From the NCBI GenBank assembly GCA_029256575.1, contig JAQSXR010000012.1, positions 908 to 64,907 on the forward strand: a stretch of 64,000 nt of DNA, given 5' to 3'. Below the pieces are notes generated by a model. That model was given only the letters and a program-made list of their open reading frames with translations, was not told the origin of the DNA and searched no databases. Position 1 is the first letter of the stretch, and every line of letters starts with the position of its first letter. Shown in pieces: positions 28,657 through 38,394 of the stretch. The translations under genes and the position numbers were made by a program. This stretch comes from Clostridiales bacterium. GTDB lineage: Bacteria; Bacillota; Clostridia; Lachnospirales; JAQSXR01.

Positions 28657-30795
28657 CTAAATTCTTAATTTTATGTCAGATTTAGAAATTATTTTAGCGA
28701 CCATATCAATAATATCATTTGTTGTGATGGGTTTAAGAAGAAACCCGTCAATTATATTATTATCAACATATTCTTGTATATCTTTATTTAAATAACCCGT
28801 CATTGCAATTATCTTAATTTCAGGATTTGATTTCCTTATTATCGCTGCCAATTCTAATCCACTCATACTAGGCATAGATATATCTGTTATTAGTATATCA
28901 AATTCATCCTTCTTTTCCTTTAAAACACCATAAGCGAAGCCAGGATTTGTATAGTATTCTACTTTCCATTTCGTCATAGATAATCCTTTTTTTATTGGTT
29001 TTAAGATTTCAATTTGATCATCCAGAACCATAATCCTAAATTTTTTCTTCTCGATTTCAATTCTATTCGTTACACTTCTCTCATGAGTTACTGGTAATTT
29101 ATCAAGAATCGGTAAAATTATAGTAAAGATAGTTCCCTTATTCTCCAAACTATTCGCCTGTATTCTACCACCATACTTTACCACCAATTGTTTTACTACC
29201 GATAAACCTAATCCAGTACCTTCACCACCTAATTTAGTTGTAAAAAATGCATTATACATTTGTTCCATTGTTTCTTGGTCCATTCCACAACCCGTATCAC
29301 TTACATTTAATTCTACTTCATATTCACTAATCTTTTGATAAGTAACCTCCAGCTTACCATAAGTACCTTTCATAGCTTTATATGCATTTGTACATAAATT
29401 TAATAAAATTTGATTTATTTCTCCTGGATTTCCAGAAAGAAAAATTGGTTTATTACTAATATCAAAAGTTAACTTAATTTCTCTAGGAAATAATTTTGCT
29501 ATCATTTTCATTGAATTTTTAACAACTAAAGAACTATCAAATATTTCTTTTTGATCTTTTTCCTTATCTTCTCTTCCATATGCTAATAATTGATGTGATA
29601 ATTCTGCACATCTCTTAGCTGCTGCTGTAATTCCACTAACTTCTTCCATAACATCATCATTTTTAGCAAATTTCATACTCAACAAGTCACAATATATCAT
29701 AATTGGGGTCATTAGGTTATTGAGTTCATGTGCAATCATACCTGTTAAGATTCCAATTGTTTGAAGTTTATCATATTGTTGAACTTGTTCTTCTTGCTTC
29801 TTAAATTTATTTGAGGCCTCATTTAGCTCAGCTTGATATTTCCATTCCATTCTTATCCGCTGAGTGTTCTTTAACTCCCTAGTAATGTAGAAAACAAGTG
29901 AACCAAAAAATATTACAAGTATAATTCCAATTAAAATTGTAATTCTCAATGCATTTTGTAATGGCTTTGCTACTTGGGAATAATCCATTATGACACTAAG
30001 AACCCAAAAATCTTCTACGATTTGCACCGGTGTAAACCCCAGAATCTTTTTAACTTTTCCTGCTTCAATGTTATCCCACCAGTAGGATACTATTATTTCA
30101 CTACCGGACTCTCCCCTTAATTGGCTTTCTAGTAATTTATCTATTCCTTCTGAATTCAAATCAGGATGCTTTTCCATTCGATCGGATTTTGAATCAATTC
30201 CAATCTGATTTTTGGTTCCATGCATTAAAATAATCCCTTTTCGATCCTTTATAGTACAATATCCCAACTCACCCACCTGTATAGGAGCAAGAATTTCATC
30301 ATATACTTTATTTAGATTAATGCTGGTAACGATATATCCCCCTAATTCATTGTTCGCAAATAAAGGCTTTACTAAATTCAATATATAATAACCTTCTCTT
30401 TGATATTCATACGTATCAAATACCGTCTCTTCTTTTCTATTTTTTTCTTCAATTTCTCCTGGAAGATAAAAATTTATGCTATTAAGGTATGTCTTCTCAC
30501 TCTCGTAATAAACCGAGATAATATCATCGATTTGATTCCTTAGGGTATCAACATCACTAATATTACTTAGCATCCCATCAAAGTATAGGTCCATTCCTTT
30601 CTTTTCTTCTTCAAAGAAACGCTCTAAACTACGGGAGGCTGTTTCTGCTATTAAAATAATTTGCTTTTTCTGCTGCTTAACAATAGTATTCTTATGGGTA
30701 TTATATCCTATTGTAATTGAGAGCCCAATCCCTATCATCCCTAATGTTATAATTATAAAAAATATTATTATTTTTCGTTTCGAATATTCCATCAT
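28657..30795 (-). CDS. hybrid sensor histidine kinase (Cache-like periplasmic domain, HisKA, HATPase, C-terminal REC)
   Basis: Two TM helices bracket an extracytoplasmic domain of about 270 aa. H-box MIAHELNN, G-boxes DTGCGM and GTGLGLS, and a receiver with DISMP. Confidence 0.9.
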   Translation of the reverse strand: MMEYSKRKIIIFFIIITLGMIGIGLSITIGYNTHKNTIVKQQKKQIILIAETASRSLERFFEEEKKGMDLYFDGMLSNISDVDTLRNQIDDIISVYYESEKTYLNSINFYLPGEIEEKNRKEETVFDTYEYQREGYYILNLVKPLFANNELGGYIVTSINLNKVYDEILAPIQVGELGYCTIKDRKGIILMHGTKNQIGIDSKSDRMEKHPDLNSEGIDKLLESQLRGESGSEIIVSYWWDNIEAGKVKKILGFTPVQIVEDFWVLSVIMDYSQVAKPLQNALRITILIGIILVIFFGSLVFYITRELKNTQRIRMEWKYQAELNEASNKFKKQEEQVQQYDKLQTIGILTGMIAHELNNLMTPIMIYCDLLSMKFAKNDDVMEEVSGITAAAKRCAELSHQLLAYGREDKEKDQKEIFDSSLVVKNSMKMIAKLFPREIKLTFDISNKPIFLSGNPGEINQILLNLCTNAYKAMKGTYGKLEVTYQKISEYEVELNVSDTGCGMDQETMEQMYNAFFTTKLGGEGTGLGLSVVKQLVVKYGGRIQANSLENKGTIFTIILPILDKLPVTHERSVTNRIEIEKKKFRIMVLDDQIEILKPIKKGLSMTKWKVEYYTNPGFAYGVLKEKKDEFDILITDISMPSMSGLELAAIIRKSNPEIKIIAMTGYLNKDIQEYVDNNIIDGFLLKPITTNDIIDMVAKIISKSDIKLRI

Positions 30796-31067
30796 TCTTT
30801 TAAAGCAGCTCCTTTCTCGCTTACATTAAAGAGTATCGCCAAATAGTATACCATCCATTTATGAACTTTGTATATGAAAACAAAGGATACTCCTGGAATA
30901 CTGGTATTATGCGTAATGACAAATACAACGTAAATGGGTATAATAAGATAGAACAATAAAATTGATGAATGATTGATAAGATTATCAATTAACAAATAGG
31001 ATTAAAATAAACAGGAAGGAGTCGATAGCTAAGTTAACATTTCGTTAACAAGTTATCCCAAATAATT

Positions 31068-31751
31068 ATGGCAGGAGAGCGTGTATTGGTAGTTGATGAT
31101 GAGAAGATAATTCAGAAATCCATTCAAGCAGCATATAAAAGCGAAAATATGGAAGTTACGATAGCCTCCAGTGGTAAAGAAGCATTATCCATTTTAAGTC
31201 AATATAAATTTGATTTAATATTAATGGATATCTTGATGCCTGATATTGATGGTTTTGAAGTAGTGCAAACGATTCGAAGTAGACAAATTCATACTCCTAT
31301 TATTTTTATTAGTGGTAAATCAGAGGAATATAATAAAGTATTGGGGTTAGGTCTTGGTGCAGATGATTATATTACAAAGCCTTTTAGTATTGCATTACTA
31401 ATCTCTAAATCAAAAGCCCTTATTCGGAGAACCAATGTGTATAGTATGATCACCGAGGATCTTATTGTTGGTCCATTTTTCTTTAACCAAAAAACCTTCC
31501 GCGTGTACAAATTCGAAAAAGAAATCCAAATGACTGCGAAAGAATTGTCCCTTTTTAAATTCTTTATGAAAAATCCAAAGCAAGTTTTTACAAAAGAACA
31601 ACTCTACCATCAAATTTGGAATAATACTGCTATCGATGATAATACCATTATGGTTTATATAAAAAGAATACGAAGTAAAATTGAAGATAATCCAAAAAAT
31701 CCCCAATATCTAAAGACTGTTTGGGGCATTGGATATCAGTTGGACTGTTAA
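31068..31751 (+). CDS. OmpR/PhoB-family response regulator
   Basis: REC (VLVVDDE, LMDILMPDIDG, K at ITKPF) plus a winged-helix C-terminus (VWGIGYQL). Weak SD. Confidence 0.9.
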   Translation: MAGERVLVVDDEKIIQKSIQAAYKSENMEVTIASSGKEALSILSQYKFDLILMDILMPDIDGFEVVQTIRSRQIHTPIIFISGKSEEYNKVLGLGLGADDYITKPFSIALLISKSKALIRRTNVYSMITEDLIVGPFFFNQKTFRVYKFEKEIQMTAKELSLFKFFMKNPKQVFTKEQLYHQIWNNTAIDDNTIMVYIKRIRSKIEDNPKNPQYLKTVWGIGYQLDC

Positions 31752-31759
31752 CAAAAATA

Positions 31760-31804
31760 AAAACCGAAAGTGTAGACTATGATTCGTCTACACTTTCGGT
31801 TTTT
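31760..31804. terminator. bidirectional terminator
   Basis: AAAACCGAAAGTGTAGAC / GTCTACACTTTCGGTTTT inverted repeat. Confidence 0.85.
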
Positions 31805-31811
31805 ATTATAT

Positions 31812-32639
31812 TTATTTTAATTCTGATATATCTATAGATTGAGCATCTTGAAAAAGTTGATTTTCTCCTGCCATTGCCCAAATAAATGCATAACGAGTAG
31901 TTCCAGCTCCACTATGAATAGACCAATATGGAGAAAGCACTGCTTGTTCGTTCTTTACAACGATATGCTTTGTTTGATCTTTGCTTCCCATAAAATGAAA
32001 GACGATATCTTGTTGAGGCATATCAAAATAGCAATAGATTTCGCTTCTACGTTCATGTGTGTGTGGTGGTATACTATTCCATACACTTCCCTCTTTTAAA
32101 TCTGTAAAACCCATAACCAATTGACAGCTCTTTACACCCTCTGGATGAATATATTTATATAGAGTTCGTTCATTCGCTGCCGATACACTTCCTAAATCAA
32201 CCTTTCCAACACTACTAAATGAAATCTTTGTAGTCGGAAACGTACAATGTGCAGGTGTACTAATAAAATAAAACTTGGCAGGATTACTAGCATCTAAACT
32301 GGAAAATTGAATTGATTCATTTCCCATACCAATATATAATCCATCTCGTGTATTTAATTCAAATTCTACATCATTTACGCATATAGAACCTGTACCACCA
32401 ATATTAATTACACCCATTTCTCTTCTCTCAAGAAAATAGTTTTGATGCAACACGGAAACAGGTGTAAGTTCAAGGGTATTTTGTGGGCAAGCTCCTCCTA
32501 CTATCATTCTATCCGAGTAGGCATAATTTATTTCTATTGAATTTATTTTAAACAACTCTTCAATTAAGAAATTTGTTCTAAGTTGTTCTGTGTCTAATGA
32601 AATAAATTCGTGAAATGACGTTGAATGTTTTTCTCTCAT
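31812..32639 (-). CDS. kduI: 5-dehydro-4-deoxy-D-glucuronate isomerase
   Basis: Colinear with KduI from memory (FLERREMGVINIGG, HTHERRSE, WSIHSGAGT..Y.FIW.MAGEN). ATG 32639 is preceded by AAGGAG; 275 aa. Confidence 0.9.
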   Translation of the reverse strand: MREKHSTSFHEFISLDTEQLRTNFLIEELFKINSIEINYAYSDRMIVGGACPQNTLELTPVSVLHQNYFLERREMGVINIGGTGSICVNDVEFELNTRDGLYIGMGNESIQFSSLDASNPAKFYFISTPAHCTFPTTKISFSSVGKVDLGSVSAANERTLYKYIHPEGVKSCQLVMGFTDLKEGSVWNSIPPHTHERRSEIYCYFDMPQQDIVFHFMGSKDQTKHIVVKNEQAVLSPYWSIHSGAGTTRYAFIWAMAGENQLFQDAQSIDISELK

Positions 32640-32649
32640 AATAATCTCC

Positions 32650-33387
32650 TTATCTAAAATCTTGACCGCCATTGATTTGAATTACTTCTCCTACGAGATA
32701 AGATGCTTCTTCTGAACAAAGGAAATATATAGCATTCGCTACATCATCAGGAGTTCCAAAGCGTTTTGCAGGGATACCTTGTTTCCATGTTTCCATTAAT
32801 TCTTTATTCGTTTCACTATGGAATTCAGTATCTACAACACCTGGAGAAACAGCGTTAACTCTGATATTATATGCCATAAATTCTTTTGCAGTAGCTCTTG
32901 TAAATGCTAATACTGCTGCTTTCGCTGCTGCATATGCCGCAATTCCTGGTCCACCACCATTATAAGCTGCTATTGAAGTAATATTTATAATACTTCCACC
33001 GTTTTCCTTCATATAAGGAATTACCGCTCTCGTACAATAAAATGGATTTGTCAAATTAAGGTTAATTACTTTGTTCCAGAATTCAGTTGTCATTGTTTCA
33101 ACTGGACATCTACCCATAAGACCACCTGCGTTGTTTACAAGAACATCTATTTTACCAAATTCTTGAGCAACTGCTTGCGCCATTTTATTTACACTATCTT
33201 CATTTGTAACATCACCGTAGAAAAAGCTTGCTCTATATCCTTGTTTTTGTAATTCTGCAACAGCTTCAATTCCAGCTGCTTCATCAATACCATTTATCGC
33301 AAGATCATAACCTGCTTTTGCAAATTTTTTGGCTGTTGTAAGTCCAATACCTCTTGTAGCTCCTGTTAATAATGCAACTTTATTCAT
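32650..33387 (-). CDS. SDR-family oxidoreductase (KduD-role candidate, FabG-like sequence)
   Basis: TGATRGIG cofactor motif, NNAG, and the YAAAKAA catalytic YxxxK. Position next to kduI. Confidence 0.8.
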   Translation of the reverse strand: MNKVALLTGATRGIGLTTAKKFAKAGYDLAINGIDEAAGIEAVAELQKQGYRASFFYGDVTNEDSVNKMAQAVAQEFGKIDVLVNNAGGLMGRCPVETMTTEFWNKVINLNLTNPFYCTRAVIPYMKENGGSIINITSIAAYNGGGPGIAAYAAAKAAVLAFTRATAKEFMAYNIRVNAVSPGVVDTEFHSETNKELMETWKQGIPAKRFGTPDDVANAIYFLCSEEASYLVGEVIQINGGQDFR

Positions 33388-33411
33388 ATTTAAATCTCCT
33401 TTGTATTTTTT

Positions 33412-34416
33412 TTATTTTATTGAATTATCAGATTGTCTATGTCGTTCTGCGATTAAAAGTGCCCCTACAGATGCAGCGTTACTTGTTATATCATCAGGTA
33501 ATAGAATCGTATTTATATTTGGTATTCCTTTGTGGTCTAATACTATTTTAAATACATCTTTTAATGGGGAAGACCCACCTATATATATATTATTATATTT
33601 ATCTTCAATTTCCTGAGTAATTCTTGGTCCAATATCGTTACTAATCAAAGCTCCAGTCAAGAAATTAGCTCTTTGGTTTGGAGTTGTTTCTAATGAGATG
33701 TCCATAAGTCTTACTGCAAAAGCAGATTTGGTAACACCATTATTTCTTTCAAAATTAACACCCATTTTTACATATTCTTCATCCACTTCAGTAATAAGGT
33801 CTGGTGAAAGAGAATTCGATAATATTGTAGCTGTCGATAATGCGAACAAAAATTCTCCTAACATTGTAGTAGAACATTTTTCTACTTCATTTTGCTCATT
33901 CACAAAAACAAATTTAGTATGAGAACCAGGTAGTATCATAAGTGCTGGTCCCTTAATATTACATACATTTATAATTCCAAACGCCTCAACTTCTTCGCCT
34001 CTCATTACATCAATTTGATTTAAATGCTGAACGGAAGGTGATGGAACATCATTCTTTATTCCTGGAATAAAATAAAATGGTTTATTATCTAACCAAGAAA
34101 AAGTCTCTCTTATTATATTATTTGATAAATCATCGATAGACACCGGACTTTTCCTATGTGGAACTTCTACAAGTCCCAAATTTGAAGTAATCATTCCTGA
34201 TGCAACGATATATTCAACATCATCAAGTTTTCTATCTACTTTTAATAGCCCTTCATTAATTAAATTAACTAGATTTTTTTCTAAAATAGTTTTGTTTCCG
34301 TAAATAGCAACATCTTTAATCCCAATATTTGATTTCGCAGTTGATATTACTTGATTATCTTCTATGATTTTAATACGACTATTTGTTGTGCCTACATCGA
34401 CTGTTATCTTAATCAT
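33412..34416 (-). CDS. 2-dehydro-3-deoxygalactonokinase (DgoK) family sugar-acid kinase
   Basis: VDVGTTNSR, FIPGI, VMRGEE and LPGSHTKFV match the DgoK blocks DWGSTNLR, IIPGL, VMRGEE and MPGTHCKWV (from memory). Confidence 0.75.
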   Translation of the reverse strand: MIKITVDVGTTNSRIKIIEDNQVISTAKSNIGIKDVAIYGNKTILEKNLVNLINEGLLKVDRKLDDVEYIVASGMITSNLGLVEVPHRKSPVSIDDLSNNIIRETFSWLDNKPFYFIPGIKNDVPSPSVQHLNQIDVMRGEEVEAFGIINVCNIKGPALMILPGSHTKFVFVNEQNEVEKCSTTMLGEFLFALSTATILSNSLSPDLITEVDEEYVKMGVNFERNNGVTKSAFAVRLMDISLETTPNQRANFLTGALISNDIGPRITQEIEDKYNNIYIGGSSPLKDVFKIVLDHKGIPNINTILLPDDITSNAASVGALLIAERHRQSDNSIK

Positions 34417-35909
34417 ACTTTCATCCTTTTTTCCTTTGATTTTTTAATAATGCTTTTAATAATTGGTGTTAAAAGGGTAATAGCTGCAACTACTAATAAT
34501 ACAGCACTAATTGGTCTCGTAAAGAAAACACTAGCTTCTCCGCCTGACATAATCAGCGCTTTTCTTAATTCTCTTTCTGCCATAGGTCCTAAAATAAGTG
34601 CAAGAACTATAGGTGAAGCAGGGAATTCAAGTTTTTCCATAATATAACCTATTACACCACTGATAAGCATTACTCTAACATCAAAGAGACTATTATTTAT
34701 AGCAAACGAACCTACTACACATAGAACGATAATAATTGGTGTTAATACATAGCTAGGAATATCAATTATCTTTGTAAAGAATCGAATCCCTATAAGCCCT
34801 AGAATCAAAACAATTAAATTGGCAACAAAGAAACCAGCAAAAATAGTATAAATTAATGGTGCATGATTTACAAAAAGTAATGGGCCTGGTTGGAGACCTT
34901 GCATAATTAATGCACCTAGCATGATTGCTGTTGTCGCATCTCCTGGTATCCCTAATGTAAGTAATGGAACCATTGCCCCACCTGTTACACCGTTATTTGC
35001 AGCCTCAGGAGCCGCTATTCCTTCAGGAATACCTGTTCCAAAATCATTAGGATGTTTTGAGAATCTTTTCGCTTCATTATAAGCAACAAAAGCACCTATA
35101 TCAGCACCTGCACCTGGTATGATACCAATAAAAGTACCTATTAGGCCTGAACGAATAGTTGTTGGTGTTATTTTCTTTATATCACTTAATGAAGGTAATA
35201 CACGATCAACTTTTTGTTTTATTACTAATTTTTTAACCATCGTTTCGATACTAACAAAAGCTTGAGACAATGCAAATAACCCAATCATAACTGAAATAAA
35301 AGATAAACCATTGAAGAGATTCATATTACCAAACGTAAATCTTTGATAACCAGTAACTAAATCAATACCAATTGTAGAGACTAAGAGTCCAATTACTCCA
35401 GCTAATAGCCCTTTTAGTAAGTGCTTCCCTGAAATACTAGCAATAATACTTAATCCAAACATTGCAAGAGCAAAATACTCTGCAGCACTAAATTTAAGTG
35501 CAAGTTTCGCAAGTTGAGGGGATATAAGAGTAAGTAAAATTACACTGATTGTTCCACCAGCAAAAGATGCAACCGTCGAAATTCCTAGAGCACGACCTGC
35601 CTCACCACGTTTAGCCATTTCAAACCCATCTAATACAGTTGCTGCTGCAGCTGGAGTACCTGGTGTCTTTAATAATATTGCTGAGATAGATCCACCATAT
35701 ATGGCCCCAGCATAAATTCCTAGTAGAAGCAAGATGCCTCCAACAGGATCCATCCCAAATGTTAATGGTAGTAAGAGTGCAACACCCATTGTTGCTGTTA
35801 AACCAGGAAGAGCTCCAATAACAATTCCTCCAGCAACTCCACCAATGATTAAAATTAATACTTTGAAACTAAATACTGTGACTAAACCATTTCCAAGTAG
35901 TTCTAACAT
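34413..35909 (-). CDS. tctA: tripartite tricarboxylate transporter large permease
   Basis: 498-aa polytopic protein with TctA-type GxxxG-rich helices (GALPGLTATMGVALL, IPGAGADIGAF). Confidence 0.9.
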   Translation of the reverse strand: MLELLGNGLVTVFSFKVLILIIGGVAGGIVIGALPGLTATMGVALLLPLTFGMDPVGGILLLLGIYAGAIYGGSISAILLKTPGTPAAAATVLDGFEMAKRGEAGRALGISTVASFAGGTISVILLTLISPQLAKLALKFSAAEYFALAMFGLSIIASISGKHLLKGLLAGVIGLLVSTIGIDLVTGYQRFTFGNMNLFNGLSFISVMIGLFALSQAFVSIETMVKKLVIKQKVDRVLPSLSDIKKITPTTIRSGLIGTFIGIIPGAGADIGAFVAYNEAKRFSKHPNDFGTGIPEGIAAPEAANNGVTGGAMVPLLTLGIPGDATTAIMLGALIMQGLQPGPLLFVNHAPLIYTIFAGFFVANLIVLILGLIGIRFFTKIIDIPSYVLTPIIIVLCVVGSFAINNSLFDVRVMLISGVIGYIMEKLEFPASPIVLALILGPMAERELRKALIMSGGEASVFFTRPISAVLLVVAAITLLTPIIKSIIKKSKEKRMKV

Positions 35910-35919
35910 ATTCTTCCTC

Positions 35920-36375
35920 CTAATTCAAGAAACTAATCGTTGGCAAAGGGACAGCCAATAGTAATTGAAATACACCATAAATAACAAAAGTAGCTAAGAT
36001 AGAGACTATTGCAATTCTAGGTATACTTTTCATCCCACATAAACGAATCATTCCAATAAGAAATACTATTGTAGGTATAATAAACCCCAAAATGCCCATT
36101 AGGAGTACATAAGCTAATAAACTAAACATAGTAATATAAGTTTTAGTAGCTAATGCATTAAAGAGACCTGTTTCTCTATTTTCTTTATCCAAAATAGTAG
36201 AAATAAAAAGTATCAGACTTAACACAATTAAGACTATTGCCAGTATTTTAGGGAAAAATTCTGGACCTGTTACTTGCTCACCACCTAAATTAGGGAAAGT
36301 ACTCACTTCAATAAGTACATATATACCAATAATAATAAAAATAATAGCGGATATTAGATTTCCTTTTCGCATCAT
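35920..36375 (-). CDS. tctB: tripartite tricarboxylate transporter small permease
   Basis: 151 aa, four TM helices, positioned between tctC and tctA. Confidence 0.8.
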   Translation of the reverse strand: MMRKGNLISAIIFIIIGIYVLIEVSTFPNLGGEQVTGPEFFPKILAIVLIVLSLILFISTILDKENRETGLFNALATKTYITMFSLLAYVLLMGILGFIIPTIVFLIGMIRLCGMKSIPRIAIVSILATFVIYGVFQLLLAVPLPTISFLN

Positions 36376-36398
36376 TTCACCTCTGACGTTGTATTTAC

Positions 36399-36433
36399 AA
36401 AAGGAAAATAAGGATTACCCTTATTTACCTTTT
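36399..36433 (-). other. intercistronic stem-loop after tctC
   Basis: 15-bp stem AAAAGGTAAATAAGG / CCTTATTTTCCTTTT (one mismatch). Probable mRNA-stabilising or partial terminator element. Confidence 0.5.
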
Positions 36434-36497
36434 GCTTAATTTTATGAGCTACAATACAATATTTATAGACTAAAAAATTCTATAATATATAAATACT

Positions 36498-37466
36498 TTA
36501 TTTCAACACTTTATCAATCAATTCTTTGTATAACTCAGCTTCTCTATTAATTTTTTCTGTATACTCTTCTTCATCAAGAACTGCTAAAGATAACCCACTA
36601 TTTTCCATAAATGTAACGAATTTATCTTCTGCAACAGCTTTACTGAATCCTTCTCTTAATACATTTACAACATCATCTGGTGTGTCGGCTGGAACAGCTA
36701 ACCCTCTCCATACACCGATAACAACATCATATCCTGATTCTTTTAATGTTGGTACATCAGGGAAAGTTTCTAATCTTTCGTTATCAGCTACAGCTAATAT
36801 CTTAAGTTCGCCTGCTTCGACTTGAGAAGCTACTTCTGCTGGACTTACCATTACCACATCAATATGTCCGCCTAAAAGTGCTGCAATTGCAGGAGCTGCC
36901 CCCTCATATGGAACATGATTAAACTTAACTCCCGCTTCATCTTCTACATAAGCAGCTGCTAAGTGATAGATAGCTCCTACACCTGAATTACCAGCCTTTA
37001 CTTTTCCTTCATTTTCTTTCACATATGTTAAGAATTCTTCAACAGTATTCCAAGGGGCATCCGCTCTTACTGTTATAGAAGCTGGTTCTGCATTAATTTG
37101 CATAATCGGTCTAAAATCTTTACTTGTAAAAGATGCAAGATTTTGTGGAGGAAGTATTGTGAGTTCTACTGTAATAGTAGTTAATGTGTAACCATCTGGT
37201 TTTGCATTTGCTCCTTCACCCATTCCTAGTGCCCCACCAGCACCTGTTTTGTTAACAATTACTAATGATTCTGGAAAATAATCTTTTGCAGCATCTGCTA
37301 CTGCTCTTGTTACGATGTCTGTACCTCCACCAGCAGAGAAAGGAACAATCATATTGATTGTTTTGTTAGGAAAAACACTATCTTTCTTTGCGCAACCACT
37401 TGTGAATGTACCCACGAGAATTAATACTAATACCATACATAATAATCTTTTTGACGAATTTTTCAT
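36498..37466 (-). CDS. tctC: tripartite tricarboxylate transporter substrate-binding lipoprotein (Bug/TctC family)
   Basis: Lipobox FTSGC and a TctC-type body (PFSAGGGTD, GAGGA). Confidence 0.9.
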   Translation of the reverse strand: MKNSSKRLLCMVLVLILVGTFTSGCAKKDSVFPNKTINMIVPFSAGGGTDIVTRAVADAAKDYFPESLVIVNKTGAGGALGMGEGANAKPDGYTLTTITVELTILPPQNLASFTSKDFRPIMQINAEPASITVRADAPWNTVEEFLTYVKENEGKVKAGNSGVGAIYHLAAAYVEDEAGVKFNHVPYEGAAPAIAALLGGHIDVVMVSPAEVASQVEAGELKILAVADNERLETFPDVPTLKESGYDVVIGVWRGLAVPADTPDDVVNVLREGFSKAVAEDKFVTFMENSGLSLAVLDEEEYTEKINREAELYKELIDKVLK

Positions 37467-37614
37467 TTGCTACCTCCCAAAAAAAGTTAATAGTTCTAGT
37501 TTTATCTATTTTAAGACGATGCGTCTCAAAATCACATTTAGGAATTCATATAATTTTTTATATTTAAATTAAATAATTGAATTTAAAATATATTATTTGC
37601 AATAATAATATAGA

Positions 37615-38247
37615 TTATTTATTTATAAGTTCTATATACTTTTGAAAGTGAACTTTCAATTGCTCGTAATTTCCACTTTTTATAAGATCTGAGTTAATTA
37701 ATGATGACCCTAGTCCAAATACTTGTACTCCTGCATGTAAATATGAATTTATATTTAGCAAGTCAATACCACCAACTGCCATTATTTTAATATCACGAAA
37801 CGGTCCCATTAACTGGTTTACGTAATCACTACCTAATACTGCTGCTGGGAATAATTTTACAAGCTCACAACCATACTCATAAGCTCTAGCAATTTCAGTT
37901 GGACTAAACACCCCTGGTGAAATCAAAATATTATTTCGATCAGCAACTTCAATACAATCTTCATTCAAATTAGGTGTAATTAAAAATTGTGCACCTGCAT
38001 TAACTGCATTTAAAGCATCTTCTTTATTTCGTACAGTCCCTGCTCCTATGAATGCACTTTTATCAAATTTCTTCAATGCTTCCTCAATAATAACAAGAGC
38101 CTTTGGCGTATTTAATGTAACCTCAAAATTGGTAATACCAACTTCAACCAAGCTCTCCATTACTTTAAAGTTTTCTTCATAATCTAACCCTCTAAGAATA
38201 GCTACAATCTTCTTCTCTAAAATACTACTTAACACTTCTTGTTTCAT
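37615..38247 (-). CDS. eda: KDPG/KHG aldolase
   Basis: IVAILRG, the EVTLNTP motif, and the Schiff-base lysine context VKLFPA. ATG 38247 is preceded by AGGAGGG. Confidence 0.9.
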   Translation of the reverse strand: MKQEVLSSILEKKIVAILRGLDYEENFKVMESLVEVGITNFEVTLNTPKALVIIEEALKKFDKSAFIGAGTVRNKEDALNAVNAGAQFLITPNLNEDCIEVADRNNILISPGVFSPTEIARAYEYGCELVKLFPAAVLGSDYVNQLMGPFRDIKIMAVGGIDLLNINSYLHAGVQVFGLGSSLINSDLIKSGNYEQLKVHFQKYIELINK

Positions 38248-38261
38248 ATTTAAACCCTCCT

Positions 38262-38355
38262 GTTCCATATTATGAAACACCGTTCCATTATTATGGTAAA
38301 AATGAATGAAATAGAAAAATATCTTATTTCTATTCCATTTTGAAACAGCGTTCCC
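38262..38355 (-). promoter_or_regulatory. array of KdgR/IclR-type half-sites upstream of eda
   Basis: GTTCCA and TGAAAC half-sites at 38262, 38273, 38282, 38333 (TTCCA), 38341 and 38350. They form TGAAAC-N3-GTTCCA and GTTCCA-N5-TGAAAC near-palindromes. Confidence 0.5.
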
Positions 38356-38394
38356 ACATATGTGTAAAAAAAATTATTAAAAAATTATATAATA

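Noticed and set aside
30792-30995. 67-aa hydrophobic ORF upstream of the hybrid kinase.
   Set aside because: TTG start without an SD. It covers the palindrome-rich intergenic region, which is more likely regulatory DNA. Kept only as a remote possibility of a small membrane peptide.
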